From positions 32,001-96,000 of IMG/VR virus record IMGVR_UViG_3300028833_000067: a stretch of DNA of 64,000 bases, one strand, 5' to 3'. How positions within the stretch are numbered: the stretch's first letter is position 1; each line of letters starts with the position of its first letter. The stretch is from a virus (lineage: Duplodnaviria; Caudoviricetes). Both the position numbers and the translations under genes were made by a program. This document shows, in pieces, positions 14,201 to 26,761 of this stretch. Below the pieces are notes generated by a model. It ran no database searches. It had not been told where the DNA came from and was given only the letters and a program-made list of their open reading frames with translations.

Positions 14201-17200
14201 AACATCTTCTTTATATTTTCTAACAATCTTACCACTCTCATCAGTAGTTTTAACACTAAAATCATCTAATTCTAGCGCAAGAGAATCTATCAACTTTTGA
14301 TTAGTTCCTGTGAAATCACTACCAGTAGATAATTTATTCCAATCAATTGCAGAATATAACTAATTTTTCTTATTACTCTAATATTCTTTTAGTAGAGTAT
14401 CTGCTGCAATAGCACTTTCATCATTCGCTTTTGCATGAGCTTCTAAAAATGTAAAAAAGTTATCTAAAGTTTTTTCCTTATATGTATCATCGGTCATAAA
14501 TTCTTCAGTCAAGCCTTCATAAACTAATGATAATTGTTCATTATCAGTTCCAATAACTGAATGAATATCAGCCATTATTTCATCAGCATAAGCATACTAA
14601 TTTCCTTTATGCTATGACATATAAGTATTTTTAAACTTAGCTAAATTATATTGTCCTTCTTTTTCTTGTGCATCTAAAATTGCTTTTACGCCAGCATCAT
14701 TAACATCAATACCTCTACCTCTTAATATTGTTTCGAAATAATTTCTATCGGTATAATTCGTGGCATTTTCTGAATCACTAATACGACTACCAATTATACC
14801 CATCATATTCTAAGTATTCTAAGTAGTACGACCTGTTAAACCACTGGTTCTTAATGCAGAAGTATAAATTTTATTTCCATTTTCATCAATACTAGTTGTA
14901 GTAACCTATTCAGTATAAATTTTAGCGGTATCAGCTAACTACTCTGCAGATGCGGCCATTTGCTATTCTTTTGCTTCAATAGCTTTCTATAAACCTTCAG
15001 CATTATAAATATATTTACCAAGAGCTGCATCATATGTAAATATATCATCAAAACTATCAATTTCAGAAAATACTGCACTAAGTTTGTCAAAACTCTCAAT
15101 AGCTTTATCTAAAGTTAATCCTGATTTATTAGTAGTTAAAATACTATCTATATCTTTAGCCGCAGTTGTTAACTAAGTAGTTAATTCCTATGCTAAAGTA
15201 TTAATATTGAAAACTAAATTCTCTGCCGCGCTATTAAGAGATACGACTAAATCTCCAATATAACCACTATCGGTGGCTATTCCTCGATCATTAGCATATT
15301 TTAAAATAGCATCTCGTGCTGTTGTAATAGAATTATAGCTATCAAATTTAATAGAAGTAATAGTGCTAAATAAATCATTTTGTACCTAATCATCTGTAAT
15401 ACCTTTTAAAACATTAAAAATATTATATAATTCTGTTAATCTACTGGTTGCTAATTGAGTGTATCCTTTTTCTGCTAAGTCATTAATACCTATTAACTAA
15501 TCAGTAAAATAATCAGAATATTTAGAAATAATACCTTCGCCTTGACCAAGAGCATAGGCAATATCTAAAGCATAATTACCCTATTCAGGATGTTCTCCAT
15601 TAATATCACCTTCAAGATATTTACCAGGAGTATCATACCATCCTATTTTTTCAAGGCCCTCCATGTCTTTATTTAATTTATGAGCTATTTTACCATCCTT
15701 ATCATAAGCATAAATAGTTTTAAGAATTCGTTCTCGATTATTTTTATTACTTTCAATAAACTAATCTATAATAGCATAATATACTTCTGAATTATCCTCT
15801 TCTGTTATTCCAAGAGATGTAGCAATGTCCTCTCCACTTAGATATTCTGTAAAATCTAATGACTCTAAAGTTTCTCTTTGAGACTCAGATAAAGAACCAA
15901 TCCAATCTAATAGAGTCTACGATAACTATTCAATTTCATGAGTATATTCATCATCATTTTTATATTGCCAGTCAGAAACACTAGCATACCCATGTTCCAT
16001 TGTAGCTTTTCGTTCCGCAGCCTGATACATTAATGAAGTATAAATACCTTTGCTACCTATATTATTAATTATTGATGAAGATAAATCTCCCCGTAATGGT
16101 GCAGCACTTAACAAAGCCTCAGAAGTCAATGCCTTACTCGCGGATGCAATTAATGCATTTTTACTACTTTTTAATTCTTTAATAACACCCTATACTTTAT
16201 TAAGTGCAACATTTAATTCTTTGGTATCAGGAGCTTCGTCGCCCCATTCAAAATAATCAGCCGCACTAGTAGCTCCTCCAAAAGCGTCTGGATGAGATTT
16301 AATTAAATTATCTAAAGTCTCTACTGTTTCAGTATAATTATATCGAATTCCTTGTGCGATACGCTCATTATATTGTGTTACTTGGCTACGATTAAAATCA
16401 GTACCGCCATATTCAATGGTAATACCCTGACCAGGACTGAAAGTAGTGCCTTTTTCGCCTGCGGTATTCTGTGCAATCATTTTTCCCCAATCTAATACTT
16501 CATCAACTGTCCATACTACAGTATTATCAAAAGTACCATTCTCTGCAGTATGACGAGCCATAATATCAGCATATCTTTGCCCTTCTTCAGTTGACATATC
16601 AAATTGATATCCACCAGAGATCATAGCGGACATTGCTCTTTCATATAAATCTTTAAAATTTCTATCATAATCAACCGTGGTAGTAGCCCCTGACGCACCA
16701 AGAAAAAGATCAATAATATCAATGCCAGTACCAGCATAATTTGTGGATTCACTATACTGAGATGCAGTCAACGTTTCTGCTCCACCATACTAATTTTGTA
16801 CTTTCCATCCTTGTTCATCGCTATTTGTTTCATAATATAAACTAACCGCACGATCGGTATGTGAAGCCGATTCTGTTGCACTATTTAATTCAGTCTATAA
16901 CTACTCTGCATAATCTAACTATTCATTAACAGTTTTCATATTAGCGATAGCCGCTTGTCGCGCTGTACGAGCAGCCTCCGTACGAGTCTATGCTAAATAT
17001 GTTTCAGCATCTTCTAAAGCAATAATAGCATTACCAGCCTCGTCATATGCAGAAACTAAATTCGGATAAGCATCTGCCATTGTATTCATAGCATCTTTAT
17101 ATGCTTGCATATCCTCGGTGGAATTATACATGGCTTTTTTTAAAGCTTTTAAATTATCAATCTATGAAGAAACATCTGTAACCTTGCTTTGAGCTTTTTG

Positions 17201-20200
17201 ATTTTCTTCTGTTTTTTCGGCCGCTTCTTCTTTTAATTTCTCAATTTTTTCTAATGTAGTAACTTGTAATCCATCTATAATTGCACCTATACCGCCCGCA
17301 AGAAAGCCACCAAACGCACCAATCGCTGCGCCCCATGGGCCAAATGCCAGACCCATTGAAGCTCCAGTGCCTGCCATAGAAATACCATTGCCAAGACCTG
17401 TATATATTTTTGATTTTTCTACGCCATTACCGCCAATACCTTGCCATCCTAAAATATTATCACCTAATTGATCTTTATGTCCTGCGCCTGCTGCAGTAAT
17501 CATTGTACCAAAAATACGTGCAGCTCCCGAGGCAACACCAATGCCTTTCATTACATTTAAAGAATATTTTCCACCGATATCAGTAGCTCCTCTCGCGGCA
17601 CCAGCCTTCTCTCTATCAGCAGACGCGGCATCTTTTGCGGCAGGTACTTTTTCTTGATCTGCTGTCTATGCACCTATCGCAGATGGGATTTTATTCTAAT
17701 CAGCGGTCGCTGCTCCTTCAGCAGGAACAATTTTAGATTGATCGGACACGGCAGCCTCTTCAGCTGCGGGTACTTTATTTTGATCTGCCTATGCAGCCCC
17801 TTCAGCTGGTGGGACTTTATTCTAATCCGCAACCGCAGCTTCTTCTGCAGGAGGGACTTTATTTTGATCTGCCTATGCAGCTTCTTCCGCAGGGAGAATT
17901 TTTTGCTAATCTGCATTTGCAGCCACCTCGGCTGATGGAACTTTATTTTGATCTGCCTATGCAGCTTCTTCTGCAGGAGGAACTTTATTTTTATCTGCCT
18001 GTGCAGCTTCATTTGCTGCAGCCGCGGCTTCCTATAATGCTGTATATAAATCATCAAATCCACTAGGCGTTTCAGCCAAACTAGCTAAAAAACGATCTAA
18101 TGCATTAAAATTAGCATTGCCCCCATTTACTCCCATCTCTGCGAGTAAGGATTGACGTATACTAGCATCACCTAAACTAGGATAATTACTTAAAATGTTT
18201 TCTAAAACATATGACGAACTCTAACCAGAAGTTCCAGTTAAGAAATTAGTCATAGCTCCAATATTATTAATTGGTACTACGGCTGCAGCAGGATTTGTCA
18301 CTGCAGTCGCGGACATAGCCATGCCCATATTAGCTGCATGTGTTCCATTAATTACTCCCATTGCTGCATCATATTCAGATGTATTGGGTTTAATATTAAT
18401 TATCTTATCTAATGGGGCCTAAATATCTTTAATTTTTTGTTCATATTCTTGATTTTCTATGGTAATTTTAGCTTTTCTCTCTGTTAGCCAATCTTTACCT
18501 ATTCCTAATAGGCTTTTGGTACCAGTGCCTAATCCAATAATATTCATTAATGTAGTAAGAACGCCAGATGTACCAAGTTTACCAATTGTGGTTATAATAC
18601 GAGTTAACCACTCATAGGCGCCCTTTAAATTATTTTCTATATGTAAATCTAAATATAACTATGAAAAAGCATTTTTTAATTGATTCGCTTTAGATTCAAG
18701 AGAATCCATTGTTTTTGCTGTTTGCACTATGCTAGTATTTTCTGCATTATTAGCAGTATCTATCGCGCGACTTAATTCATCATAGTTAGATACCAAAGCA
18801 ATAAAACGAGATTGCTATCTATTACCAGCCATAATTGTAGCAATATAACGTTGTGTATTATTATCTAATGAATCCCATTTTGCAGCTAATTCCATAATAA
18901 CATCATCAAAATCACGGAATTGACCACTTGCATCTTTAATAGAAATTCCAACAGATTTTAATGCGGTATCAACTTTATTAAATGCCACTTCTTCTCCATC
19001 GACATTAATTAAACTACTAGGAGATGCTTTCATTTCACCATAACGAGAAATAATAGATTTTAAAGCAGAACCAATATTTTGAGCAGATTCACGAGTAGTC
19101 TGAATCATAACGCTCATAAATGCAGAAGTACTTTGCAATGACATTCCAACATTCGCAGCAGAAGAAGCCGTCTTCTCCATAGCATTTGCTATTTCAGCAG
19201 AACTTACAGCGAATTTTGCTGCCAACGCACTATACGTATCAGTTACTGATTGTGCTTGAGTCATTTCAATTTTAAATGCACGAATAGCTACTGTCATGGC
19301 ATTAGCCGCATCGCTATACTCCATACCAGCAATTTTTGCCATTTTTAATGTCTCAGTAGTCAATTCCATAACTTGAGCCGTTTGTAAACCCTATTGATAG
19401 AAGATTTGAGAAACAGTATATACATCTTTTGTAGCAACACCATATTGCTATGCCGTAGCAGTATATTCACCTATTTTCCCCCATAATTCTTTCTATGACA
19501 TATTGGTAACAACTGCAATATTAGTTATATTCTTATCAAGTTCTTTTATATTATTAAAAGCATTTCGTACTGCCTATGTTACCTTACGAACAATAGCATA
19601 GATACCAATATATCGAGTAATAAAATTAGAAATACCCTACATTTTTCCGATTGCATCATCTAATGATTGTAATCGTGCTTTTCCTGCAGCAACTGCCGCA
19701 TTTAAATTATTAATCTCTGCTGTAGCGGCAGTAAATAAACCAGATAACTAAGGTGACCTTGCAACAGCATTAGTTAAAGCATCCTAATATTCTCTTAATT
19801 TCTATTGAGGTTCTTTTAATGCTTCAGCTATCTCATGTGCTTTTGCGGCAATTTCCTAATTGGGTAAATCAAAAATTTTATTTAAATTAGTATAAGCTCC
19901 TGCACGTGTAGTATCTTTATCAATATCAGCTTTTAATTTATCTACTTCAGCTTTCTAAGAAGCATAACTATTACGTAGCGATTCAATATTGCCTAGATTA
20001 TCGCCAAATAATACTTTTTTAGCTAATCCAGAATCTGTACCCATAGATTTAAGTACATCAGTCCAAGACATTTTAAGTTCAGTGGCTTGTTCTTTAATAC
20101 GTCTACGAATTGCCGTAATATCTTCCTAACTAAAACTAAACTATTCAGTAAGTTTAGATAGAAATGTATTCATTCCATTAAATCCGCCTTTAAATCCCGT

Positions 20201-20932
20201 GAAGCCTTTTTCATCAAAATTTAATGCGTCAGATAATGCTTGCTATACTTCATTTTTATTACCATTTTTATTAATAGCTTTAAACGCCTAACTAAAATAA
20301 TCTAATGCTCCCCACTGAGTAAATGCATTTTGGCCTGCCTAATTTTCATTTAATTGAGATATTTTAGTATTATATTCAGCAGTTTTTAATTCAATTGTCT
20401 AAATAACTCTATTCATGCCAATTTCAATTGCACGATAGAGTTCATCATAGCCCTGCTCAAGCATTTTTGCTGCTTTAGCAGGCTCAGCTACGTTTAGATT
20501 AGCTAAAAAATCCTAATTATTAATTAACTTATCTTTCTAAGTACCTTTAAAAGAAATTAAGCTATTTTGTAATTCTTGAATTCTAGCCTATAATGCAGTA
20601 ATCTAGCCACTTACATCATCAGGAATTTTTAAATCAGTAAAAGATAAATTCTTAGCAGTATTAGCAACTTTATTTAATCCCAATTCAACCTAATCAATAT
20701 CTTTCTAAATTGAAGAAAAATCTCCCTGTGTAGTTAAAGCAGTTTTTGCTTTTGCTGCAATCTAATCTAGACGTGTTAAAACCTTTCCTAATTCTTGATC
20801 AATCTTTTTCCCGCCTAATGAATTAGATAAAATATTCTTATCTGCAAACTACTTTAACTAATTCGCTATCTCCTACAAATTCTAAATTTGTATAGATACT
20901 GGAAGTTCAATGCCTTGTGTTGCCATCTCCAT
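5249..20932 (-). CDS. Giant tape measure protein, 5227 aa (TAG=Gln)
   Basis: 14 track fragments share one frame, and a manual scan between them found only TAG, no TAA/TGA. TP901-type TMP core near 18.8-19.6 kb (ELTTETLKMAKIAG...AGNRQQSRFIAL). GExGPE-type motifs near the C-terminus. Alternative start 20926. Confidence 0.9.
17630..18020 (-). repeat. 42-bp (14-aa) tandem repeat inside TMP, about 9 units, consensus AEEAAQADQNKVPP
   Basis: Units read directly at 42-bp spacing. Confidence 0.95.
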
Positions 20933-20955
20933 CTCATCTCCTTTCATCCCATAAT

Positions 20956-20986
20956 AAAAAAAGAGCCACTTTCAAAAGAAAGTGGC
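20956..20986 (-). terminator. Intrinsic terminator upstream of TMP
   Basis: Minus strand GCCACTTTC-TTTT-GAAAGTGGC followed by TCTTTTTTT. Confidence 0.75.
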
Positions 20987-20991
20987 ACATA

Positions 20992-21894
20992 TCAAATATC
21001 CCCGTCATCTGGTTCCCCTAAACGAGTTATTTCCATAATTAAATTTTTCTAATCCCCAACTGTTTCTGGCAATCCAATGATATTAAAAGTAGAAACGGTG
21101 GGATCGGCCCTTTCTCCCAGTCGTAAGTTAATATTACTTACAACCCTAACTTTCGGCATATACAAAATATTTGTATAATTTAAACCCTCATTTTCATCCT
21201 TTGAGTAAAACTTTGCTTCAAGCGCGAAAAGACCATTAAAACGTTCTTTTTGCACACTATAAATCAAGGCTTCGTGCTCATATTTATAGTAATAATCAAT
21301 CGTATATTTCCTATTATTTTCTACTGGCTCTTCAAAATTTTTATCCTTGGCTAACATAATGCGCCAATGGTCTGAATCATTAGCATCAACTACACTTATA
21401 TCCTTTCCATAAATTTTATTCTAAATTGTATCCCTATCATAATCAAATATGAATACTTTTTTAATTGGATAATTTACTGGTTTATGCTATAGCTCTACAT
21501 ATGGAAACTCTTTAATTTTTCCTTTAATTTCCTAAGATATAGTATTTTCAGCTAGAATTGATTCTATCATATGTACATACATAGGTTGTCTTTCTTTCTA
21601 TGATAAAACATTCGCGCCAAGTAAAATACTCATACCAACTGAAGACATTACCCCTTCTGTCATCTAAAACTGAACTTCGCCTCGCTCATCCCAAATAATG
21701 CGTGGCATATTTGCCCAGCCGCCGCGCGCGAATACTGGTCTATTTGATTCAGTTAATAATGACATATTCACATTATTAAAATATAGCACTGGTTCGTCTG
21801 CTTCAATATAACGTTCACCAAAATACATTGGCGCTTTCGCGCGAAGAGTTACCTCATAAAGTTCTTTATGGCCAAAATTTTGATCTAATATCAT
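20992..21894 (-). CDS. Tail-tube paralogue (minor tail protein), 300 aa (TAG=Gln)
   Basis: Joins fragments 21049-21357 and 21664-21894. GGWANMPRIIWD and ERADPTVSTF align with GGWGNPKLIQWD and AEGDPSTFEM of the adjacent major tail protein. Confidence 0.75.
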
Positions 21895-21910
21895 ATACTA
21901 TCACCACCTA

Positions 21911-21943
21911 AAAAAAATAAAGGGCTTCCCGATTGGGAAGCCC
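21911..21943 (-). terminator. Intrinsic terminator after major tail gene
   Basis: GGGCTTCCC-AATC-GGGAAGCCC followed by TTTATTTTTTT on the minus strand. Confidence 0.85.
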
Positions 21944-21955
21944 ATTTATTCTTAA

Positions 21956-22957
21956 TTAAGGTGTTCCACCTTCGGAAGAACTAGAAGCGGCTAAAGAGCC
22001 ATAGTCATTACCACTCTGAGAAGCAGAAGCTTCATCAAGGTTATAACGAACTAGCTTCATCATTTCATTCTGGCCAGCTTCATTGGTAGAACGAAGTACA
22101 TTTAAAGTCATTTCAAATGTGGAAGGATCGCCTTCTGCCTGTAGGGTAATAGTAACATTGCTCTGTACCTTGGCCTTGTTAATGATGAACTGGAATGGTT
22201 CATCCTTACCGGTCTTTTCAGAACGCATGAATGTATCACCAACTACACGATAGGTGCCAGGGAAAGTATCTGGACTAATAGTTACTTCAACTGCACTCTC
22301 ATCGGTAGTAGAAGAAGTTACTACATCTTCCCAGAAAATACGAATCTGATCGCCTTCTACTGGGGCAGTTTCTTCATCAATACCAGCGGCAGGATTCTTG
22401 AACTTAATATTGTTAAGAGCTGTCATTACCTTAGCTGCTCCATTTGGATCATCTACTACAATCTGAGTACGAGTACCAGCTGTAGTGCTATTCATACCGC
22501 CGCCTAAGTTAATTAGACGAATTGGATGACCAAATGTGGCCTTAGGATATAGTACCTTTTTAGTTAAATGATCTACTGGAGCAGGAATAAGACCATTAGC
22601 TTTAGCTACAACCTGCTCAGTATGACGTACTATAACGGTCTCGCCTTCAACATTAGTCTTTTTAATAGCGCCACCAAGCATAAACCGTAAAGATTCTATA
22701 GACATTAGAGCGTCTTCTAGAGTAATATTGATTTCCTTACCATAGTCCCACTGAATTAGTTTTGGATTTCCCCAACCGCCCTGAGCTGCGGTATTTTCAG
22801 CAGTGGTTTCAATGGTGGAAACTTTTAGGGTATCTAGGAATAGAACGATGTCACCGGCATATACACCAGCGGCAGAGTCATTATCTAGAGCTTCAAAGTA
22901 AACGTTGGCTACTTCTTTTATGCCATACTTATCAAAAATATTAACGTTACTTGCCAT
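21956..22957 (-). CDS. Major tail (tube) protein, 333 aa
   Basis: Intact ORF with no TAG, strong RBS, own terminator, position upstream of TMP. Confidence 0.75.
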   Translation of the reverse strand: MASNVNIFDKYGIKEVANVYFEALDNDSAAGVYAGDIVLFLDTLKVSTIETTAENTAAQGGWGNPKLIQWDYGKEINITLEDALMSIESLRFMLGGAIKKTNVEGETVIVRHTEQVVAKANGLIPAPVDHLTKKVLYPKATFGHPIRLINLGGGMNSTTAGTRTQIVVDDPNGAAKVMTALNNIKFKNPAAGIDEETAPVEGDQIRIFWEDVVTSSTTDESAVEVTISPDTFPGTYRVVGDTFMRSEKTGKDEPFQFIINKAKVQSNVTITLQAEGDPSTFEMTLNVLRSTNEAGQNEMMKLVRYNLDEASASQSGNDYGSLAASSSSEGGTP

Positions 22958-22971
22958 AAGAGTTACCTCCT

Positions 22972-23745
22972 TTATTTATCAGAACTGGCAATGGAACGCA
23001 TCCAATGCTTCAGCTATGATTTGTTAATTTTAGCGCCAGCAAGGGCTGCTTTCTAATTTATATTAAACTAATCACGCCAGCCCATCCGCTTTAACTAATC
23101 GTGAAAAGCATAATATGTAATATCCCAAATATTATGAATATTTAGGCCGCAATCATTAAGAGCCATGCTCCCAATTAAATCAGATAATTTTAAATCTGAA
23201 TCTTGTCCACTTTTCGCTTTTGCTTTAGCCTTACGTACTTTTTCACGATTTATACGCATTTGCATTTTTATGCGTTTAGTTATTGGATCATCATCATCAT
23301 TAATGATGATTTCCTCTCCTTCCTATTCGATAAAATACATGCGCCGTAAAATATGCTATAAGTCTTGAAATTGTTTTTCCTCAAGAATATGCTTGTCCTC
23401 TACGGGCCCGATAATTATCTAAGGTGGATCTAAAATAAAAGTAACTTGTGAATGCGTAAAAAAACGAAAAGCAGATTTTAATAAGGTGTTAATTGATGGG
23501 TCTAGAGTAGTCATAAGTAATAAATACTAGAAATCTGTAATTTTTTCTAATAAATTATTTAATTCACTATCTCCCTAAAGATCAGTAGGTTTATCAGAAG
23601 TTAATATACCTAAATATTTCTAAAAATTTTCATATCCAACATCAACAATTTCACCTAAAGTTGCAGGATAAACTGCACATATATCTTCTATAAATACTGG
23701 ACTACCTTTTAGAAATTTTAAAACTTCATTATCAGTTAAATTCAT
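22972..23745 (-). CDS. Tail assembly chaperone-like protein, 257 aa (TAG=Gln)
   Basis: Absent from the track. Open from MNLTDNEV to TAA 22972 if TAG is sense. Function inferred from position and the C-terminal NIWDITYYAFHDQL segment. Confidence 0.5.
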
Positions 23746-24238
23746 TAATATTATATTGCATAGTATAGCCGCCTATTTGTGAAGTAAAAACATTTCGATC
23801 TGCTCTTACAAACTATAATGTTCCAATTCCAGCCATTTTCGCGCCATTAAACATATTATCAATTTCTTCCATAATAAGATAAGGACGTAAAGATTGCCCA
23901 TTTAGAACCCATTCATCGTAAGGGCAGGCAATATCAATACCTATTGTATCCAATTTAAAATCAGGATTTATAATATTAGTTGTAAAACTATTAAATAGCG
24001 CGACTATATATGAAGTTTTTTCTGTACTTTCATCCCAAATTTTTGGGGTGATCATAATCTACTTATTAAGAAGCGAGATGCCATCTACGTTCTAATATTT
24101 TTCTTCATCAAAAGGATCACGTACCTAGTATTTAAGAAGTCGACATAAGCGCTAATTAGACATTAATTTATTTGCTATGTGAAAAGCATTAGTTCCCATC
24201 ACAGCAAATCTACGCTATGTAATTTTTTCAGTTGCCAT
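23732..24238 (-). CDS. Tail terminator/neck-like protein, 168 aa (TAG=Gln)
   Basis: Extends fragment 23813-24055. GAGGTG RBS. Function from synteny. Confidence 0.55.
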
Positions 24239-24248
24239 ATAACTCACC

Positions 24249-25499
24249 TCACCATAATGGAATAATATCTACTGTTTTAGTATATTCCTCGCCTTGATAA
24301 GTTGCAATTAAAACAACTGATCCTAATTTATTTTTTGCATTAGCATGAAGAATATATTTATTAGAAATTTTTTCCCCATTATCATCTAATGCTTGTGTTA
24401 AAGTAGCATAATCAGAAGGTGGCCTTTTTGCATGAGGATCTTCTTGAATCTCGAAAGTAACTTCTTCATTATTAATAGTTCCATCATCAGTTACTAAACT
24501 ATATGATTCTTTACGATTAAGCCGCAATTTATCTGCTCCTTTAATATATGCAACCAATTTAGTTTCAATAGGATTAATAGTAATTTCAACTGTCTTTGTA
24601 ACTGCGGGCCGATTCTTTAATTGCATTGTAATAATACATTGGCCAGGACCAATAGCCTAAAATGTATCATCAATAAAATTACAATCATCTGGTTTAATTA
24701 AATTAATTTCCCACTAATTTAATGTACCCGCTTCAAACTTAGGAACAATCTAATCTCCAACTTTATATAATGTTGGTAGTTCAGGAAATTTATATTTATC
24801 TGTTGCGGCAACATCTAAATCTCTATCATCATACTAATAATTAACTTTACTTTCTGTTAATGACATATATACAATTCCCTCAACACTAGTCCAATCGCAT
24901 TCAATCACGACCCAACCTTCATTTTCAATAATAAAAGTGACTCCGCGCATTAATTCATCATAATCCGCACTTCCTTCTTTAAAAGAAGGCCGCGGCATAA
25001 TAATTTCCGCAAATTTATTTGGCTGAGGAGAAATTAAGCTGTGCCACATTCTAAAATTTCCCTTTACTTTACTATCTACTGAGCTAACAGCATAAGCCCA
25101 AGATTTATGTAAATATCCCTCAGTATCAATCCATTTTAACTCATAATTGCATTTAATAATCTAAAATGTCTAATATTGTTCATGCACCTTATGTTCTTTC
25201 TATAATAAAAGCCATTTTTCAATAGCTCCATTATCTTGTCTCCATGTAAGTATGTCTCCAACTTGTATTGGTATATCAAGCGCAACATACAAATACATGA
25301 TTTTCTTTTCTTCCTTATCTTTATTAGTTTGAATTATACCGCTGAAATATAATCCACGTTCTACAGATAAGTCTTCAATAGTAAAAGCAGAACGAGCCAT
25401 CCATTTTTCAAAAGCTAAAATTCCGCTATTTTTCATTCGGTCTGCATATGTTTCTCCAAAATGATTAACACGGGAAAAGTAAACATCAAGGTAATTCAT
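24249..25499 (-). CDS. Head closure/neck protein with possible C-terminal Ig-like domains, 416 aa (TAG=Gln)
   Basis: Fragments 24249-24626, 24834-25049 and 25200-25499 are in one frame. Function from synteny. Confidence 0.55.
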
Positions 25500-25821
25500 T
25501 AGGCATATTTAAGCCACTTACTAAATTAATACATTCAAAGATGGTTTTTCTAAAATGTTCATAAGATAAATATTTTAACATTCCCATCTTCCCTCGAAGT
25601 GGCCACCAGTTAATTGAATTAGCCCCAAGGCCATCAATTTCAATTTTTAATGAATCTAAAAACTTTTCCCATTCTCCATCTTTTTCGCGCTCGCAAAGAA
25701 GCCCATATAAACGCCCTTTTAATTTATTTTTATATCCATCAAATGTAGCATTAGCTATGCTATTTTTTTCCTGCTAGCTATCTAAAGATTCCTGCAGGGG
25801 CGTGTCCTCTAGATTTATCAT
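25486..25821 (-). CDS. Hypothetical head-tail region protein, about 111 aa (start uncertain)
   Basis: Open frame FDGYKNKLKGRLYGLLCERE...FRKTIFECINL fills the gap between neighbours. Confidence 0.55.
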
Positions 25822-26242
25822 AATCGTCTTTTGCTCCTTCACATTCTATAGCAACTCTAGCTTCCATATCATTTAATTTATCTAAATGATTTGCGGCAGA
25901 AAAATCTTTTGAAGTATATAATTGACCGATATGTTCCCAGCTTGCAACGCAACGTTTAATCCATTCATGCTTCATATATGTAGCAAGTACTTGGATTTCA
26001 GCATTAGTAAGCTCTTCTTTAAACTAATATATTTTTAATTGTGAAGAAGTCTCAGAATCTTCAGCGGGAGATACTTCTTCATAATCTAAACTCACACGTG
26101 GATATTTAAACCGAGCAATGGCCATTTTGAGAAGTTCTTGCCAGTCTCGTTCTACGATAGCTAACTCTTCTTCTAATGTCCACTCGTCCGCGGTTATGCG
26201 TGCGAGAAATGCATCATAAACTTTTAAGAAGGGTGTTGCCAT
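25751..26242 (-). CDS. Head-tail adaptor-like protein, 163 aa (TAG=Gln)
   Basis: Fragments 26024-26242 and 25778-25975 are in frame. TAA at 25751. Function from synteny. Confidence 0.6.
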
Positions 26243-26248
26243 TTTTCA

Positions 26249-26689
26249 TCACTTCTCTTCTGCGTCATGCTTCGCGGCAATAGCCTGAATTACATCAACA
26301 TCGCAGTATTTTTTAATTAGGGCCACAATACCCGCATTGGTGATCTTATGCTCTACAGCAAGAGTAACGGCACTTTCTTTTTCTGCATCAGTCGCATGTG
26401 GAATAAACTTAGCAAATGCAGTTACATCACCTTTAACTAACATCTTTTCAATTTCAGAAGCTTCAAATACATTTTCAACAACTTCTACTTGTTTTTCTTC
26501 TTCTAAACCATTAACCTTAATATAATGTCCATTAACAAGAGACATAAATCCAGTATCAAAAGTCATTTCTTCATATTCCTCATCACTGACTGGAATCTCG
26601 CGTCCTGGCATTAATTCACGATTAAAACGAATAGCCGGAAAATATAATGAAACTAAACTTGTACTAATATTTTTAATTGTAATAGCCAT
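26249..26689 (-). CDS. Hypothetical virion-associated protein, 146 aa
   Basis: Intact ORF with AAGGAGG RBS directly after the capsid gene. Confidence 0.75.
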   Translation of the reverse strand: MAITIKNISTSLVSLYFPAIRFNRELMPGREIPVSDEEYEEMTFDTGFMSLVNGHYIKVNGLEEEKQVEVVENVFEASEIEKMLVKGDVTAFAKFIPHATDAEKESAVTLAVEHKITNAGIVALIKKYCDVDVIQAIAAKHDAEEK

Positions 26690-26722
26690 AATTGTTCCTC
26701 CTTTTATCTCCGAAAAGAAATC

Positions 26723-26748
26723 TGGGAGGGAGGGATTACCTCCCTCCC
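26723..26748 (-). terminator. Hairpin after major capsid gene
   Basis: GGGAGGGAGG-TAATC-CCTCCCTCCC followed by an imperfect T-rich tail. Confidence 0.65.
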
Positions 26749-26761
26749 ATTATATTACTAA

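Noticed and set aside
17654-18066. Alternative-frame ORFs over the TMP repeat
   Set aside because: By-products of the 42-bp repeat; the TMP frame is continuous.
20992-21894. Frameshifted G/GT tail chaperone before the TMP
   Set aside because: It is a single frame once TAG is read as Gln, and it resembles the tail tube protein.
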